Part shown: positions 55,001 through 64,000 of the stretch, piece after piece
Layout of the letters: the number at the start of each line of letters is the position of its first letter
Numbering within the stretch: position 1 is the first letter of the stretch
NCBI RefSeq assembly: GCF_011745625.1
Contig: NW_027191455.1
Coordinates: forward strand, 1,054,001-1,118,000
Length of the DNA: 64,000 nt
From: Cladosporium halotolerans
Lineage: Eukaryota
Reading direction: 5' to 3'
Position numbers and translations under genes: made by a program
The notes under the pieces: generated by a model
The model's database searches: none
Seen by the model: the letters and a program-made list of their open reading frames with translations, nothing else
What the model was told of the DNA's origin: nothing

Positions 55001-57680
55001 TCGCCAACGTTTCGAGGAGAAGCGTGAGCATTACCGTGAGAACATGCAAAAGGTCGTCAAGCTTCAATCATTCGTGCGCGCTCGCCAACAAGGAAAATCC
55101 TACGAGTCGCTCATGAAGGGTGCCAACCCTCCCCTTCCGGTTGTTCGGAAGCATTTGCACCTGCTCACGGATTCGCATTTCGAGTTTGAAGGCGAACTCG
55201 AAGCCGAGAGACTCCGCCGTCTGGTCGTTGAGCGCGTGCGTGAGGTTGAGCAAGTTGAAGGCTACGTGGAAGGTCTCGATGTAAAGGTCGGTCTTCTCGT
55301 CAAGAACAAGATCAGCTTGGACGAGGTAGTGAAGCACCAGAAGCACTACGGTGGCAGTGCGAGTCAACTTCTCAGGAACGGCGGCTCCATTCGCAACAAC
55401 GGAGGCGGCGTCGACCTCAAGGCCCTCAACAAGAACTCCAGGAAAAAGCTCTCCGGCTACGAGGAGCTGTTCTTCATCATGCAGACTCAGCCAGAGTACC
55501 TCGCTCGCCTGTTCTACCAGCTGTCAAGCCGCGGTTTGGCGGACAAAGAGAGCAAGAACCTCGAACGCTTGATTCTCACCCTATTCTGCTACGCTCACAA
55601 GAGCAGAGAGGAATACTACTTTTTGGGTCTTCTCGTCGCCTCCGTGGAGGTGTTCATTCGCAGTACAAACCATATCGAGGACTTTTTGCGCTCTCAAAAT
55701 GGACCCATGCACCAGCGACTCTTCCTCACTCACGTCCGCTCTCCGATCCACAGAAGCTACCTCAAGTCCCTCCTTGGTGGGCTTGTCAGGGATGGCATCT
55801 GCGGTCAAGAACACCTGGACCTGGAATCGGACCCTCTCCAGATCCACCAAGCAATCATTAACAATGAAGAGCTCAGTACCGGCCACGCTTCCAGGCGACC
55901 CCGCGATCTCCCCCGAGAGACCATCATTCGTGATCCGGAGGTGCGCGCAAGGTACGTTGAGCACCTGCAGGATCTGCGCGACCTGTGCGATGGCTTCTTC
56001 CTAAGCTTGGAGGAGACCCTTCACCGCATGCCTTATGGTGTCCGATATGTCGCATCGGCACAATACAATGCTATGCAAGAACAGTACCCGCACGAAGAGC
56101 CTGCATACCTGGCAACGCTTGTTGGCAATTGGTTGTGGAAGACGTACTTGCTGCCGGCATTCCGTGAACCCGAGATGTGGGGAGTCATCGACAGAGGCCT
56201 TTCTCCTGTGCACAAGCGCAACTTGGGCCAGGTCACGCTTGTGCTCAGCCAGGTCTGTTCTTTTGGTCGCCTCTTCTCTCAGGAGAACATGTACCTGCAA
56301 CCTCTGAACAGCTGGGTCGGCGAAGGCCTTGTCAGATGGCAGGAAGCACTGCAAAGCCTCTTCGACATTGAGAGCCCTCAGGAGCACTTTGACGCTGACC
56401 ACCTGTCTGACTTGTACTCGCGTACCAAGCCCACCGTCTACATCAAGCTTTCCGACATCTTCCAGCTTCACAGCTTGATGGCCGACAACCTCACCGTCAT
56501 TGCGCCTAGCCGCGAAGACCCTATCAAGGAAGTGCTCTCCGACCTTGGCAGCCCCAAGGGTAACGAGGCCGATCTCGGTAACACTGGAGGTGGAGGCGAG
56601 ATCACTCTTACGCTCAAGTCCAGATACAAGGTGCAGGAAGACCCCAATGCTGAGGCTAGGGCGCTCTTCACTGCGACCAAGCGTCTCGTGCTCTTCATCA
56701 TTCGCGTTCAGTCTGGCTCCAATCTCATGGAGATTTTGCTGCGTCCGATCACCGAGGAAGATGATGAAAAATGGTTCTCGCTTGTCGACGAAGAACTGGC
56801 CAGCAAGGAGTCCCGTTCGCCTTCTCGTAGCCCGAGAAAGGCGTTCCAGCAGGGAGCCTTCGATCCCAGAGCCAGTATGCGCGGTGGCCGAACGCACTCG
56901 GTGTACTCAGAGACGGCGTCAGCGGTCTCGGATGAGATGCGCAATAACAACCTTCTGGACCTCGAGCACATGACTTATGCCGAGCTGAAGTCGCAGGCAC
57001 TGGAGAACATTCTCACTCTTGAGAACCCGTCGACCCCTCCGCAGTACCGTGTCAGCAGACAACACAACTACCAAGAAGTCCTCAATGCCCTCGCTGCCGA
57101 TATTCGCTCCAAGCACCGCCGCCGCCTCGAGCGTCAACGCGAGTCTGACGCAACCCGCCAGACTTTGGCCGGCCTGGACAAGAAGGCTACATACCTCGAA
57201 GAGCAACTGACGAGCTACAACGACTACATTGAGCAATGTCTGAAGACTTTGGCCAACAAGAAGACCGGCCACAAGGCGTTCCGCCTGCCATTCACCAAGC
57301 AATGGAACCACGAGCGTGAGTTAGAGAAAGCCGGCCGTCAACCCAAGTTTGGCTCTTACAAGTACTCTGCGCGCCAGCTCGCAGACAAGGGTGTCCTCTT
57401 GCATTGGTCGGCTTACCCCACAGATCAGTGGAGTCAGCTGAACATCGTCATCTCCTCAGACGAGGTCGGCGTCTTCCACGTCGAAGCCAGCTCGGGCAGC
57501 ATGATGCTGCCGGGCGCCAGCGCGAACCTCCTCCTTGACGATTTGCTGCAGGCTCAGTACGACAACCGCAACACCATCGGCGTCTTTGAAGACGGTGCTG
57601 GCGGTCAAGAGGCCGGCGCGAAGCTGGCCGTGAACTTGCTCCTGCATTTGGTTTTTAAGAAGTTTTACCGCGATGACTAG
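52062..57680 (+). CDS. IQG1: IQGAP (Iqg1/Rng2/SepG), cytokinetic ring scaffold
   Basis: Single long ORF from ATG 52062. CH domain (AYEYLCHIGEARAWIE, LYEKKNVPKVIYCIHALS), many IQ repeats (LQAAARG, IQSLWRG and others), RasGAP-like domain (DLESDPLQI, MPYGVRY), RasGAP_C (FGSYKYSARQLADKGVL). Confidence 0.96.
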   Translation: MPSQYAHPQLTSSSSPPHNRFRDHSPTKSSPLRHTLSTLSNGSSTDGSSIPSRHNTQSSNASSVYSQHSIGGLSGYDSSADPFVSRAPAKRERSESPVKKNSAFAQWEAREKDEQAQQEQTTPRPARKAGRTGNMSVDLSPKKLQDDDWRNGLGRSETRSALSTVAPNTLPDSPSHRRGKSHNDLALRPASPQNRESPPPSPKAPTRTHNRGQSMDAGLALSASVPSLHATGTSNLNSMATLSRSDSMRASGRPRANGHARFGSVDSSAPHLDEKDLATLQKSTTPQLRHLSKFASDGAEDLSVHTPEEQVVGLAGRRRLQRSDSTRASHQKTQSSFGSQWQSTRWMDTQRKHLQAYEYLCHIGEARAWIEDVLEPDKLPPIVQLEESLRDGVTLAEVVNRLVPNMEQDLQALLGSLRIFRSPRLQYRHSDNIAMFFRFVSAVELPELFRFELVDLYEKKNVPKVIYCIHALSWLLYRRGITSFTISHLVGQLEFTGEELEETQKGIDRSGVKMPDFGGMRKELDIPEPPPPPEPTPEELLREQEAVVEDMQSQMRGALVRMRLGDVMQDLWDAEIDIAMLQARMRGGFAREIFNFRHSMDSSTKKLQAAAKAMLIRKGLKQREQGWKSREGKQRIVKIQSLWRGKQQRAETKKIKTQLRAQRYGVKELQAAIRGTLGRWKASDTWEETRNEATESAVADLQAAARGAIERMKLTAVMNQLWDVEGAIAELQAAARGSRIRRQAKGQRVEAKQAAVDVVRLQAAVRGLIQRKEQRHQYGERKIHEPAVVEVQAACRGLVTRLRQARVMGALQGREGPIVKVQSLLRAQLAKKHVQSHKTGLKTVEDQISTLQALARASICRARTADVLDQLQNTTKQAIELQGLARAMLERNRIGTQLAELEDQEQGVINLQSLSRAFLERQRIFDQLVEFEKEEDSINQLQGVARAVLVRAKVGADLAELEDNEEAIIELQSATRAFMVRQRFEEKREHYRENMQKVVKLQSFVRARQQGKSYESLMKGANPPLPVVRKHLHLLTDSHFEFEGELEAERLRRLVVERVREVEQVEGYVEGLDVKVGLLVKNKISLDEVVKHQKHYGGSASQLLRNGGSIRNNGGGVDLKALNKNSRKKLSGYEELFFIMQTQPEYLARLFYQLSSRGLADKESKNLERLILTLFCYAHKSREEYYFLGLLVASVEVFIRSTNHIEDFLRSQNGPMHQRLFLTHVRSPIHRSYLKSLLGGLVRDGICGQEHLDLESDPLQIHQAIINNEELSTGHASRRPRDLPRETIIRDPEVRARYVEHLQDLRDLCDGFFLSLEETLHRMPYGVRYVASAQYNAMQEQYPHEEPAYLATLVGNWLWKTYLLPAFREPEMWGVIDRGLSPVHKRNLGQVTLVLSQVCSFGRLFSQENMYLQPLNSWVGEGLVRWQEALQSLFDIESPQEHFDADHLSDLYSRTKPTVYIKLSDIFQLHSLMADNLTVIAPSREDPIKEVLSDLGSPKGNEADLGNTGGGGEITLTLKSRYKVQEDPNAEARALFTATKRLVLFIIRVQSGSNLMEILLRPITEEDDEKWFSLVDEELASKESRSPSRSPRKAFQQGAFDPRASMRGGRTHSVYSETASAVSDEMRNNNLLDLEHMTYAELKSQALENILTLENPSTPPQYRVSRQHNYQEVLNALAADIRSKHRRRLERQRESDATRQTLAGLDKKATYLEEQLTSYNDYIEQCLKTLANKKTGHKAFRLPFTKQWNHERELEKAGRQPKFGSYKYSARQLADKGVLLHWSAYPTDQWSQLNIVISSDEVGVFHVEASSGSMMLPGASANLLLDDLLQAQYDNRNTIGVFEDGAGGQEAGAKLAVNLLLHLVFKKFYRDD

Positions 57681-58392
57681 ATTGATCATTGAGCGGGTTG
57701 GGATGGAGTTCCTGTTTCCGTCTCCTTTGCGTCATTTTCGTTTCTCTTTTCTTTTCGTACCGTGGCTGTTCATCATATAGTTGCTTTTACTGCATGCGCA
57801 TGGGACGACCGTGAAAGGGAAGGGGCACACAGGTATACATACCCGGCTTTTTCGCTTTACAAATGATGAAGGTTGATGACTCTTTTATGAAAGCGCTTCG
57901 TATACAAATCTGTTTCTCCATTATCTTTAGATGTGTCGTCACTGCATACTATTCGCTTTAAGCTTATCCCGTTACAGTCGTGAGGCCGTGCGACTTGTCT
58001 CAGACAAGCTTCAAAGTCAAAGTTGACGCCCTGCCCAGACCTCGGTACATTGAAGTAGCGCCAGGGGCAGGCTATGAATAGCCCGTTTGCCACGCTCCTT
58101 CGCCTCATCAGAATCCTTCCCGCCGTCCAGCCATGGCGATTCTGTATCTAGATGCGCGATTCTTGTTCTCGAATGCGCCGGCAATAGCCTGTTCCGTGTT
58201 CTGGTGTATTAGCAGCCGCTGTGAGCACATGCATCATTTAGTGAAAGACAACCTGTTGCCGCGTCTTCATGTTCGTTCCGCTCATTCTTGCATTCACCGC
58301 GCAAGGTAGTATTTTACTTCATGTTCGTTCTTGCCTCACTGGTACGATCTGCTCACCAACCAGTCCGACGAATACCGACAACACTACTCCTT

Positions 58393-60537
58393 ATGGCTGA
58401 GAACCCGTTCGCAAGACTGTTTACCGCACAGCCGGCCTCGTCAACCATTGCGACTCTCGCACGGTTGGCGCCTGGTCGACAGGATGATGAGCTGGCGATT
58501 TCTCTCATGACCTCCAACCCGAGTACAACGACCTACGACTGCATATCCTACGACCGCTCGCGCGAATATGAAAAGACCGAGGTCTCTGTCGACGGAAAGC
58601 CAATGGCGATTCCGCAGCCGCTCCTTGAATCTCTCAAAGCATTTCGCCACAAGACCGACCACACTGTACTCTGGGCAGATCTCTTGACTGGAGACACTGC
58701 AGAAGAGCGCAGCAAGCAAGCTTCGGTCATGAAGGAGGTTCTGCAGAACGCCCGCACTGTCTACTGCTATGCGGGTAGTTGCCAACATGGGCGCTCGAAA
58801 GACGCATATTCCGTAATCCAGACACTGGCAAATTGGTGGCGCCAAGCTGCTCTGCACGCCAATTTCCCGAAAAAGCTCTCAATGGCTACAACCCAACACA
58901 TGCTGGATGTGCAAACATCACTCCTTGCGCGTAACACAGCCGATCTTCTATTGGAAGACAAGGATCTCTGGAAAGACATTTTTGGCGTATTGTCTTCGCC
59001 ATATTTCGAGACCGCCCAGGCGATCACTGACATCATCCTCGGGAAGAAGGTCCTGGTCTGCAGCGAAAACGGTTCAATCCCATGGGAGGACTTCACCATC
59101 GCTTACAATTCCGCACTCATGATCCTGTCTGCGAATGGAGTCGAGATCCCGGAAAAAGTGCAGAAGCATTTCGTTCAAGTCTCATCGATCCATGTATCGG
59201 TCCAGCGGTACGACGCTGGCGAGACCCTTGAGCTTTTTCCCATGCTTCAAACAGTCCGCGACGCCTCTTCACCAGCTGACCCACGAGAGTTGGTCTTCTC
59301 AATGCTTCCGATCGTCACTCCTTCCGGTCGTGTGAAGATTCTTGGAAGCAAGCCAGAAGTCTTACCAGCGGCAGACTACTCCAAGTCGGTTCAGCAGGTC
59401 TTCACTGAGGCTGCGAAGCACATCATACATGAACGTCAGGATCTTCTCATCTGGTGGAAGGAAAGCCCGCCTTGTGGAAAGAAGATTACTGGTCTGCCCA
59501 GCTTTGCGCCCGACTGGTCTGCGGGTCTTTCAAAGGATGTGCCAGCGGTGAGCACCACGAGCGGCTTGCGGATGTGGTGGGACAATGTCAAGACAAAGAA
59601 GCGCATCTACGTCGACGATGAGGGACTGCTGCACGTGCAGGCTCACGCAATCGATCGCGTCACCACTGTCTCGCCGATTTTGACCAAGGAGAATTGGCGA
59701 CGCACGCTTCTGAATGAATGGAAATCCGGACAAAAGGTTCCTGGAGAGTCTCCATCGGAAGTGATGGACAGGTTCTGGCGTGCGCTCGTGCTAGACACTG
59801 ACGCTGACTTTGGAGAAACAATGCGCGACATCAAGAAGCCCGATGTCATGATGCGTGACAGCTTCCAGAGTATTTTGGCCGAGGAAATGATCCTGGACCA
59901 TTTGAGCTGTACCCTGGAGCAACTCTCGACTGATCCGAACCTACAAGCAAGGGCCCGCGCCGACGAACTTTGCCGTGACCTTGGCCCTTCGACCGGTAAG
60001 AGTCAGGAATACGAGGCACTCGTTCTGCGCAACAGTCTCGGTCGTCGGATGTTCAAGACCCGCAATGGAAAGATAGGGATGACGGCTGTCGAGACGCCTG
60101 CGCCCCGCCCAGATCAGCCAGACGGATCCCCAGCACCACCCATGCCCGACTTCAGCTCAACCATGAATGATCCCTTGGGTCGCTCCATGATGGCAGGTTT
60201 CCAGAATTTTCTCGCCAAACGCGACGGGAAGGCTGCATCCGCCCTCTCAAAGGCGATGTCAGGGACTCTCCCAGGTCAGTTTCTGCCAGGCGTTAGGTAC
60301 GGAGACGTAGTGGTGGCCCTGGTCGGCGGCTTTCAGCCTTACATCCTGCGGGCAAAGGATGCTGATGTCAACGAGTCGATCGGGAGCGGCGTGCAAGCTG
60401 ATTCGCTGTACTCGTTCGTCGGCGATTGCCACTTGCAGGGCGAGATGGATGGCGAGCGCTTCAAGGAGCCGGCAGGCTTCTTCTTCAGTGGCGGCTGGAA
60501 GAGCGATGTGCCACTTGTGGATGTCGTAATTTCATAG
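58393..60537 (+). CDS. HET-6-like heterokaryon-incompatibility domain protein, degenerate
   Basis: Intronless. HET blocks in the expected order but divergent: YDCISY, LWAD, EERSKQASVMKEV..ARTV, DPRELVFSML, ADYSKSVQQVF, LPSFAPDWS, GRRMFKT..G.IG, VGDCHLQGEMDGE. Confidence 0.8.
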   Translation: MAENPFARLFTAQPASSTIATLARLAPGRQDDELAISLMTSNPSTTTYDCISYDRSREYEKTEVSVDGKPMAIPQPLLESLKAFRHKTDHTVLWADLLTGDTAEERSKQASVMKEVLQNARTVYCYAGSCQHGRSKDAYSVIQTLANWWRQAALHANFPKKLSMATTQHMLDVQTSLLARNTADLLLEDKDLWKDIFGVLSSPYFETAQAITDIILGKKVLVCSENGSIPWEDFTIAYNSALMILSANGVEIPEKVQKHFVQVSSIHVSVQRYDAGETLELFPMLQTVRDASSPADPRELVFSMLPIVTPSGRVKILGSKPEVLPAADYSKSVQQVFTEAAKHIIHERQDLLIWWKESPPCGKKITGLPSFAPDWSAGLSKDVPAVSTTSGLRMWWDNVKTKKRIYVDDEGLLHVQAHAIDRVTTVSPILTKENWRRTLLNEWKSGQKVPGESPSEVMDRFWRALVLDTDADFGETMRDIKKPDVMMRDSFQSILAEEMILDHLSCTLEQLSTDPNLQARARADELCRDLGPSTGKSQEYEALVLRNSLGRRMFKTRNGKIGMTAVETPAPRPDQPDGSPAPPMPDFSSTMNDPLGRSMMAGFQNFLAKRDGKAASALSKAMSGTLPGQFLPGVRYGDVVVALVGGFQPYILRAKDADVNESIGSGVQADSLYSFVGDCHLQGEMDGERFKEPAGFFFSGGWKSDVPLVDVVIS

Positions 60538-61437
60538 GGCAGGAAGCTACGGCAGGCTGCTGTGTCTGAAAGGCATTTGTCGGTGTTCATTGGGGAATGG
60601 TTTCGGATTCTGGTACGTTGGAGCATTCGGGCGATACTCATAATGCACGAGTTTGACTTTTACGATTACATTCCGTTGTTGCAGGTATTTCCTTCATTAA
60701 TCGGATATCGGATGCCTCCTATTACAAAAGAGGGACAGACTCCCTAAGTTGCTTTTGTGGTATACTGTGAGGGCCAACTGTCGTACCAAGGGCTCCGAGT
60801 GTAGCTCGATGCTATTTATGACAAGAATCACATGCCTCCCGACAAGCCTATTCGTCGATGCGAGCTGCCGTCAGCTGACACGGTGTGGCGAGCCGGAGCA
60901 GCCTGCGTAGCCACCACACCAATGAGCACAACGCCCCTGCTACCGGATGTGCATTATGGTCGAATCCTTCTCAGGCGATGCAGTAAGCTTTGACGCTACG
61001 ATGAAAGCCCAACTCGAATCATTGGAATTGGTTTTTTCGTTCTCTTTATTCCACATTGATGAAGCGTAAGATTGGAGAGCACGAGTGCTTTGATTCAGCA
61101 ATCATCAGCAAGCCCCTTGCTCTTAAGATAGATACATTGGCGATACACGAAGGTTCAAGCATTGATCTGAAAGCTTGGTGGGCGGTGCTGCGTGTATACC
61201 AACACATGCTGATATTTGTCAGAGTCATCAAGCACTCGCCAGATGCGATAATATTCGCAGGGCTGAGGAACCTAGCTACATAGCTATGATGTCGCAGATC
61301 AAGGCTGCATCCTGCAACACTGCCTTCTGCAAGCAACCTTTTGTAAGGCCTTATGAAGAGCAAACATCCCCCAAAGATGTGGCTGCATCTGCAGAATCCT
61401 TTACACAAGCTCCCTCTACAGCCCAATGCTCTTGATC

Positions 61438-62256
61438 ATGGCCCTCCCACGTTTCCTTCTCCCTGTGCTTCTTGGCTTGCTCATGATCAATGCGTCCATT
61501 GAGTTTGCCTTTATCAGCTACATGGTTTCATGGCTTCACCACACAGCAGGAGGCGACTTCGAGATTATTGCACCATCGACTTCCGACAAACTCTCCTTTC
61601 CGCTACATGGCAAGCCTGAAGTGATGTATGTCAACCAAGGCCACACAAGCAACGCCGCCGCGGGAACGGCTTTTGTTCTAGTCGGCATTGGCGGCATCAT
61701 AACACTCACGTTACGCCACCACTGGACAAAAAAGGGCATGCTTGGTACTTTTGTTACCGCGTTGCACCAAATATGGATTCTAACGACGATCTTGTCTGCC
61801 TTGTTGACTCTCGCGGCGCTCACCTACACTTTTGTCCTAACCAAACTGCACAGCATACACCACATCAACCTCGACGTTGCAATTTCGCTCGACAACAGAC
61901 CTTATCCGAACTATGTTGCTTACCCGCTGGACCAATGGACACCGGAGACATGGTTGGTTGGAGTGTTGGAACTGCAGCTTGTGTACCCGGCTGAGAGGAA
62001 TGACATTGTACGCCAGCTTAGGATAATGAGGGCGTGGAGGTGGAATCTGATCCCGATGTTTCTCCTTGGACTGGGTTTATGTGGGATTGCGGTCTGGGAC
62101 GGACTGCAGGGGCGAAAGAGGTATGCAGTTGCGAGGCCGGAAGAATTTGAGCTTCAGAAGGGTCGAAGGAGGCAGGCTTTGTGGAAGACAACTGAGGTTG
62201 AGTTACTGTTCTACCGATTACCTTCCGTCATTGATCATAGCACGTATCTGAAATGA
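61438..62256 (+). CDS. Four-TM fungal membrane protein of unknown function
   Basis: Hydrophobic helices; family-like motifs IEFAFISYMVSWLH, QGHTSNAAAGTAFVLVGIGG, WTPETW, MRAWRWNLIPMF. Alternative ATG at 61426. Confidence 0.8.
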   Translation: MALPRFLLPVLLGLLMINASIEFAFISYMVSWLHHTAGGDFEIIAPSTSDKLSFPLHGKPEVMYVNQGHTSNAAAGTAFVLVGIGGIITLTLRHHWTKKGMLGTFVTALHQIWILTTILSALLTLAALTYTFVLTKLHSIHHINLDVAISLDNRPYPNYVAYPLDQWTPETWLVGVLELQLVYPAERNDIVRQLRIMRAWRWNLIPMFLLGLGLCGIAVWDGLQGRKRYAVARPEEFELQKGRRRQALWKTTEVELLFYRLPSVIDHSTYLK

Positions 62257-63980
62257 GGGTTCTGTGATGTGTTTAGTACATGGCAACGGGCAAGGCTGGT
62301 AGAGGCCCACATACCTCAAAGTCTGTCATATCCACGGCATCAGTCTCTTCCTGATGAATCTCGTGCCCAAGAGCAGCAGCGGCTGCATCTCTTTGCTTAT
62401 TGCGACGGATCAATAGTAGCCTCAAAGACAAGGCCAGCACCATTTGTATCACAGAGCACGCAAGAATCGTTTTGCATCCGGTGGGATAAAGTGGTGCTTC
62501 TTCTCCGATGAAAGCGTGCGGTCCAATGATGTTGCCTGCGCAATAAGCAAGAAAGACTAAACCAGAAGCAGTGATGCGCTTGGTGTAACCACCCAGGTTT
62601 GTCGTTGGCATCTGGAGTGCTAGCACCAAACTGGCGACGTAGCAACCCACCATGTAGTAGCCGAATAGGACGCCGATCTTGTGGTGAGCTCTGTCGATTT
62701 TCCACATGAGGCATACACCTATTATCGTTGGAATGAGCCACAGAGCTGTTCATAGTTGAGTACATTAGCACAAGATATTCGTGTAGCCATAAAGATAGGT
62801 TCAGTTTGAGACTTGACTTACCCATGACAAGGGTCCTCCAGTTCTTGACCTTGGTGGCCGTGTATGTACCAGTTAGAATCCAGACAACCTGAAATGCTCC
62901 TTGAGGTATCCCCAACGCAGTTGTAAGAAGCGGGTCCTTTACCAGTCCCTTGATGATAAGCTTGCCGAAGTTGGCTACTCCACCATTGATGACTTCGTTC
63001 AGTAGCACAAACGTTATCAGAATCCAGACTTGAGCATCGATAAACACCTCGCGAATCTGGTTCCACTTGATAGACTTGTTCAGAACTCCCGTTCTTGCCA
63101 GACGCGCACGTCCGACAAGGAGTGCCTTCTCTTCCAACGTGAAGAAGCGCGCGGAGAGGATACTGTCGGGCAAGAAGAGTAGAAGTACGACGCCCCAGAC
63201 GACGGTCATACCGCCACAGACGAGGAAGACAGCCTTCCAGACGGGGAACCCGGTGATCTGACCGAGCCCGTAGCTCAACAGACCACCGAGCATGGATCCA
63301 ATGCCGTTGCAGCAATAGAAGAGACCGGCTCTGAAAGGCTGGTCCGAGCGGACGTACCTGTGGCCGGCAGTCAGTATGAATTCGTAATTTTCCGAATGAG
63401 ACACGGCATACCACATAGACACCATCATCATGAAGCAGGTTGTGATAGGCGCTTCGAACCATCCCAAAAGGAAACGGCAAACAGCAAGACCACTGAAGTT
63501 GTGACAAAGCGCAGTGAGCATCAAAACCGAACCCCAGCTGAGGACACATCCGCCGACGACCTTACCCATCCGCCACTTCTGCGCCGTGAAGACCCAGGGG
63601 TATTCGGCGACCAAGTAAGCGAAGTAGAATATACTAGCGAACCAAGAGTATTGATCTTGGGTGATGCCGGTGCTTGTGAACAGGTCAAAAACCGCCGCGT
63701 AAGACATAGCTTGCTTGTCGATGTATTGAAGAACGTAGGTCACCGCCAGAAGTGGCAGGACCACAAGGTCGACCTTTTTAACCAGCCGGCGTTGGCTGGC
63801 TGTGTCGCTAAGAAGCTCGTCCAGATATTCATTGCTGAAGTTGTGCTCTCGAAGGAATTTCTCAGTCTCGTCAAGGTCGATGGTTTCACCCTCCGCAATG
63901 GATGTGGCTTTGGTGGTAGGTTGGATGACTTTTTCGAGGCTGTGCTTTGCCTTGTCTTGTGAAAGTCTTGATTCAGCCAT
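62235..63980 (-). CDS. MFS transporter, allantoate permease (DAL5) family
   Basis: Introns 63411-63358, 62821-62746 and 62314-62262. LVKKVDLVVLP, LQYIDK, CRFLLGWFEA, GYTKR, GNIIGP, terminal DMTDFENPHFRYVL*. Confidence 0.93.
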
Positions 63981-64000
63981 CTTTACCTAAAGCACTATGA

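Noticed and set aside
49741..56897. Long antisense ORFs over IMPDH and IQGAP (e.g. 49741-50493, 56001-56897)
   Set aside because: These are shadow ORFs produced by codon bias of the sense genes.
1..64000. Introner-like elements, tRNA, rRNA, CRISPR arrays
   Set aside because: I saw no near-identical intron pairs, cloverleaf or rRNA sequence, or repeat-spacer array by eye. A genome-wide intron comparison would be needed to exclude introners.

Overview
Gene-dense euchromatic window from a filamentous ascomycete. The short GT..CTRAC..YAG introns, Zn2Cys6 factors, HET protein and CAZymes suggest a Pezizomycotina, probably Dothideomycete, genome; this placement is inference. I could build about 25 protein-coding loci by hand. 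Housekeeping genes include UDP-glucose dehydrogenase, a Pmp1/Msg5 MAPK phosphatase, AFG2, a YggS/PLPBP protein, IMPDH with an intronic snR54-like box C/D snoRNA, and IQGAP. Accessory genes include a GH78, two AA3_1 flavoproteins, DAL5-family MFS permeases, a HET-like protein and small Zn-cluster proteins. Highlight 1: a four-gene putative carbohydrate-utilisation cluster at 18.5-27.2 kb (Zn2Cys6 TF, GH30 beta-1,6-galactanase-like enzyme, PhyH-type 2OG/Fe(II) dioxygenase, lactose-permease-like sugar porter). Its divergent promoter has an array of repeated TA-N4-CCGAT motifs. Three of the four genes each carry a different lesion (1-bp insertion, in-frame TGA in a leaky TGA-CTA context, frameshifting deletion), while the dioxygenase is intact. 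Highlight 2: a possible UDP-glucuronate/Golgi glycosylation trio at 0-7 kb (nucleotide-sugar transporter, UGD, PLOD-like glycosyltransferase). Highlight 3: degenerate Zn2Cys6 and HET proteins. No transposon, tRNA, rRNA or CRISPR was recognised. All calls come from motif recognition by eye, without database searches.
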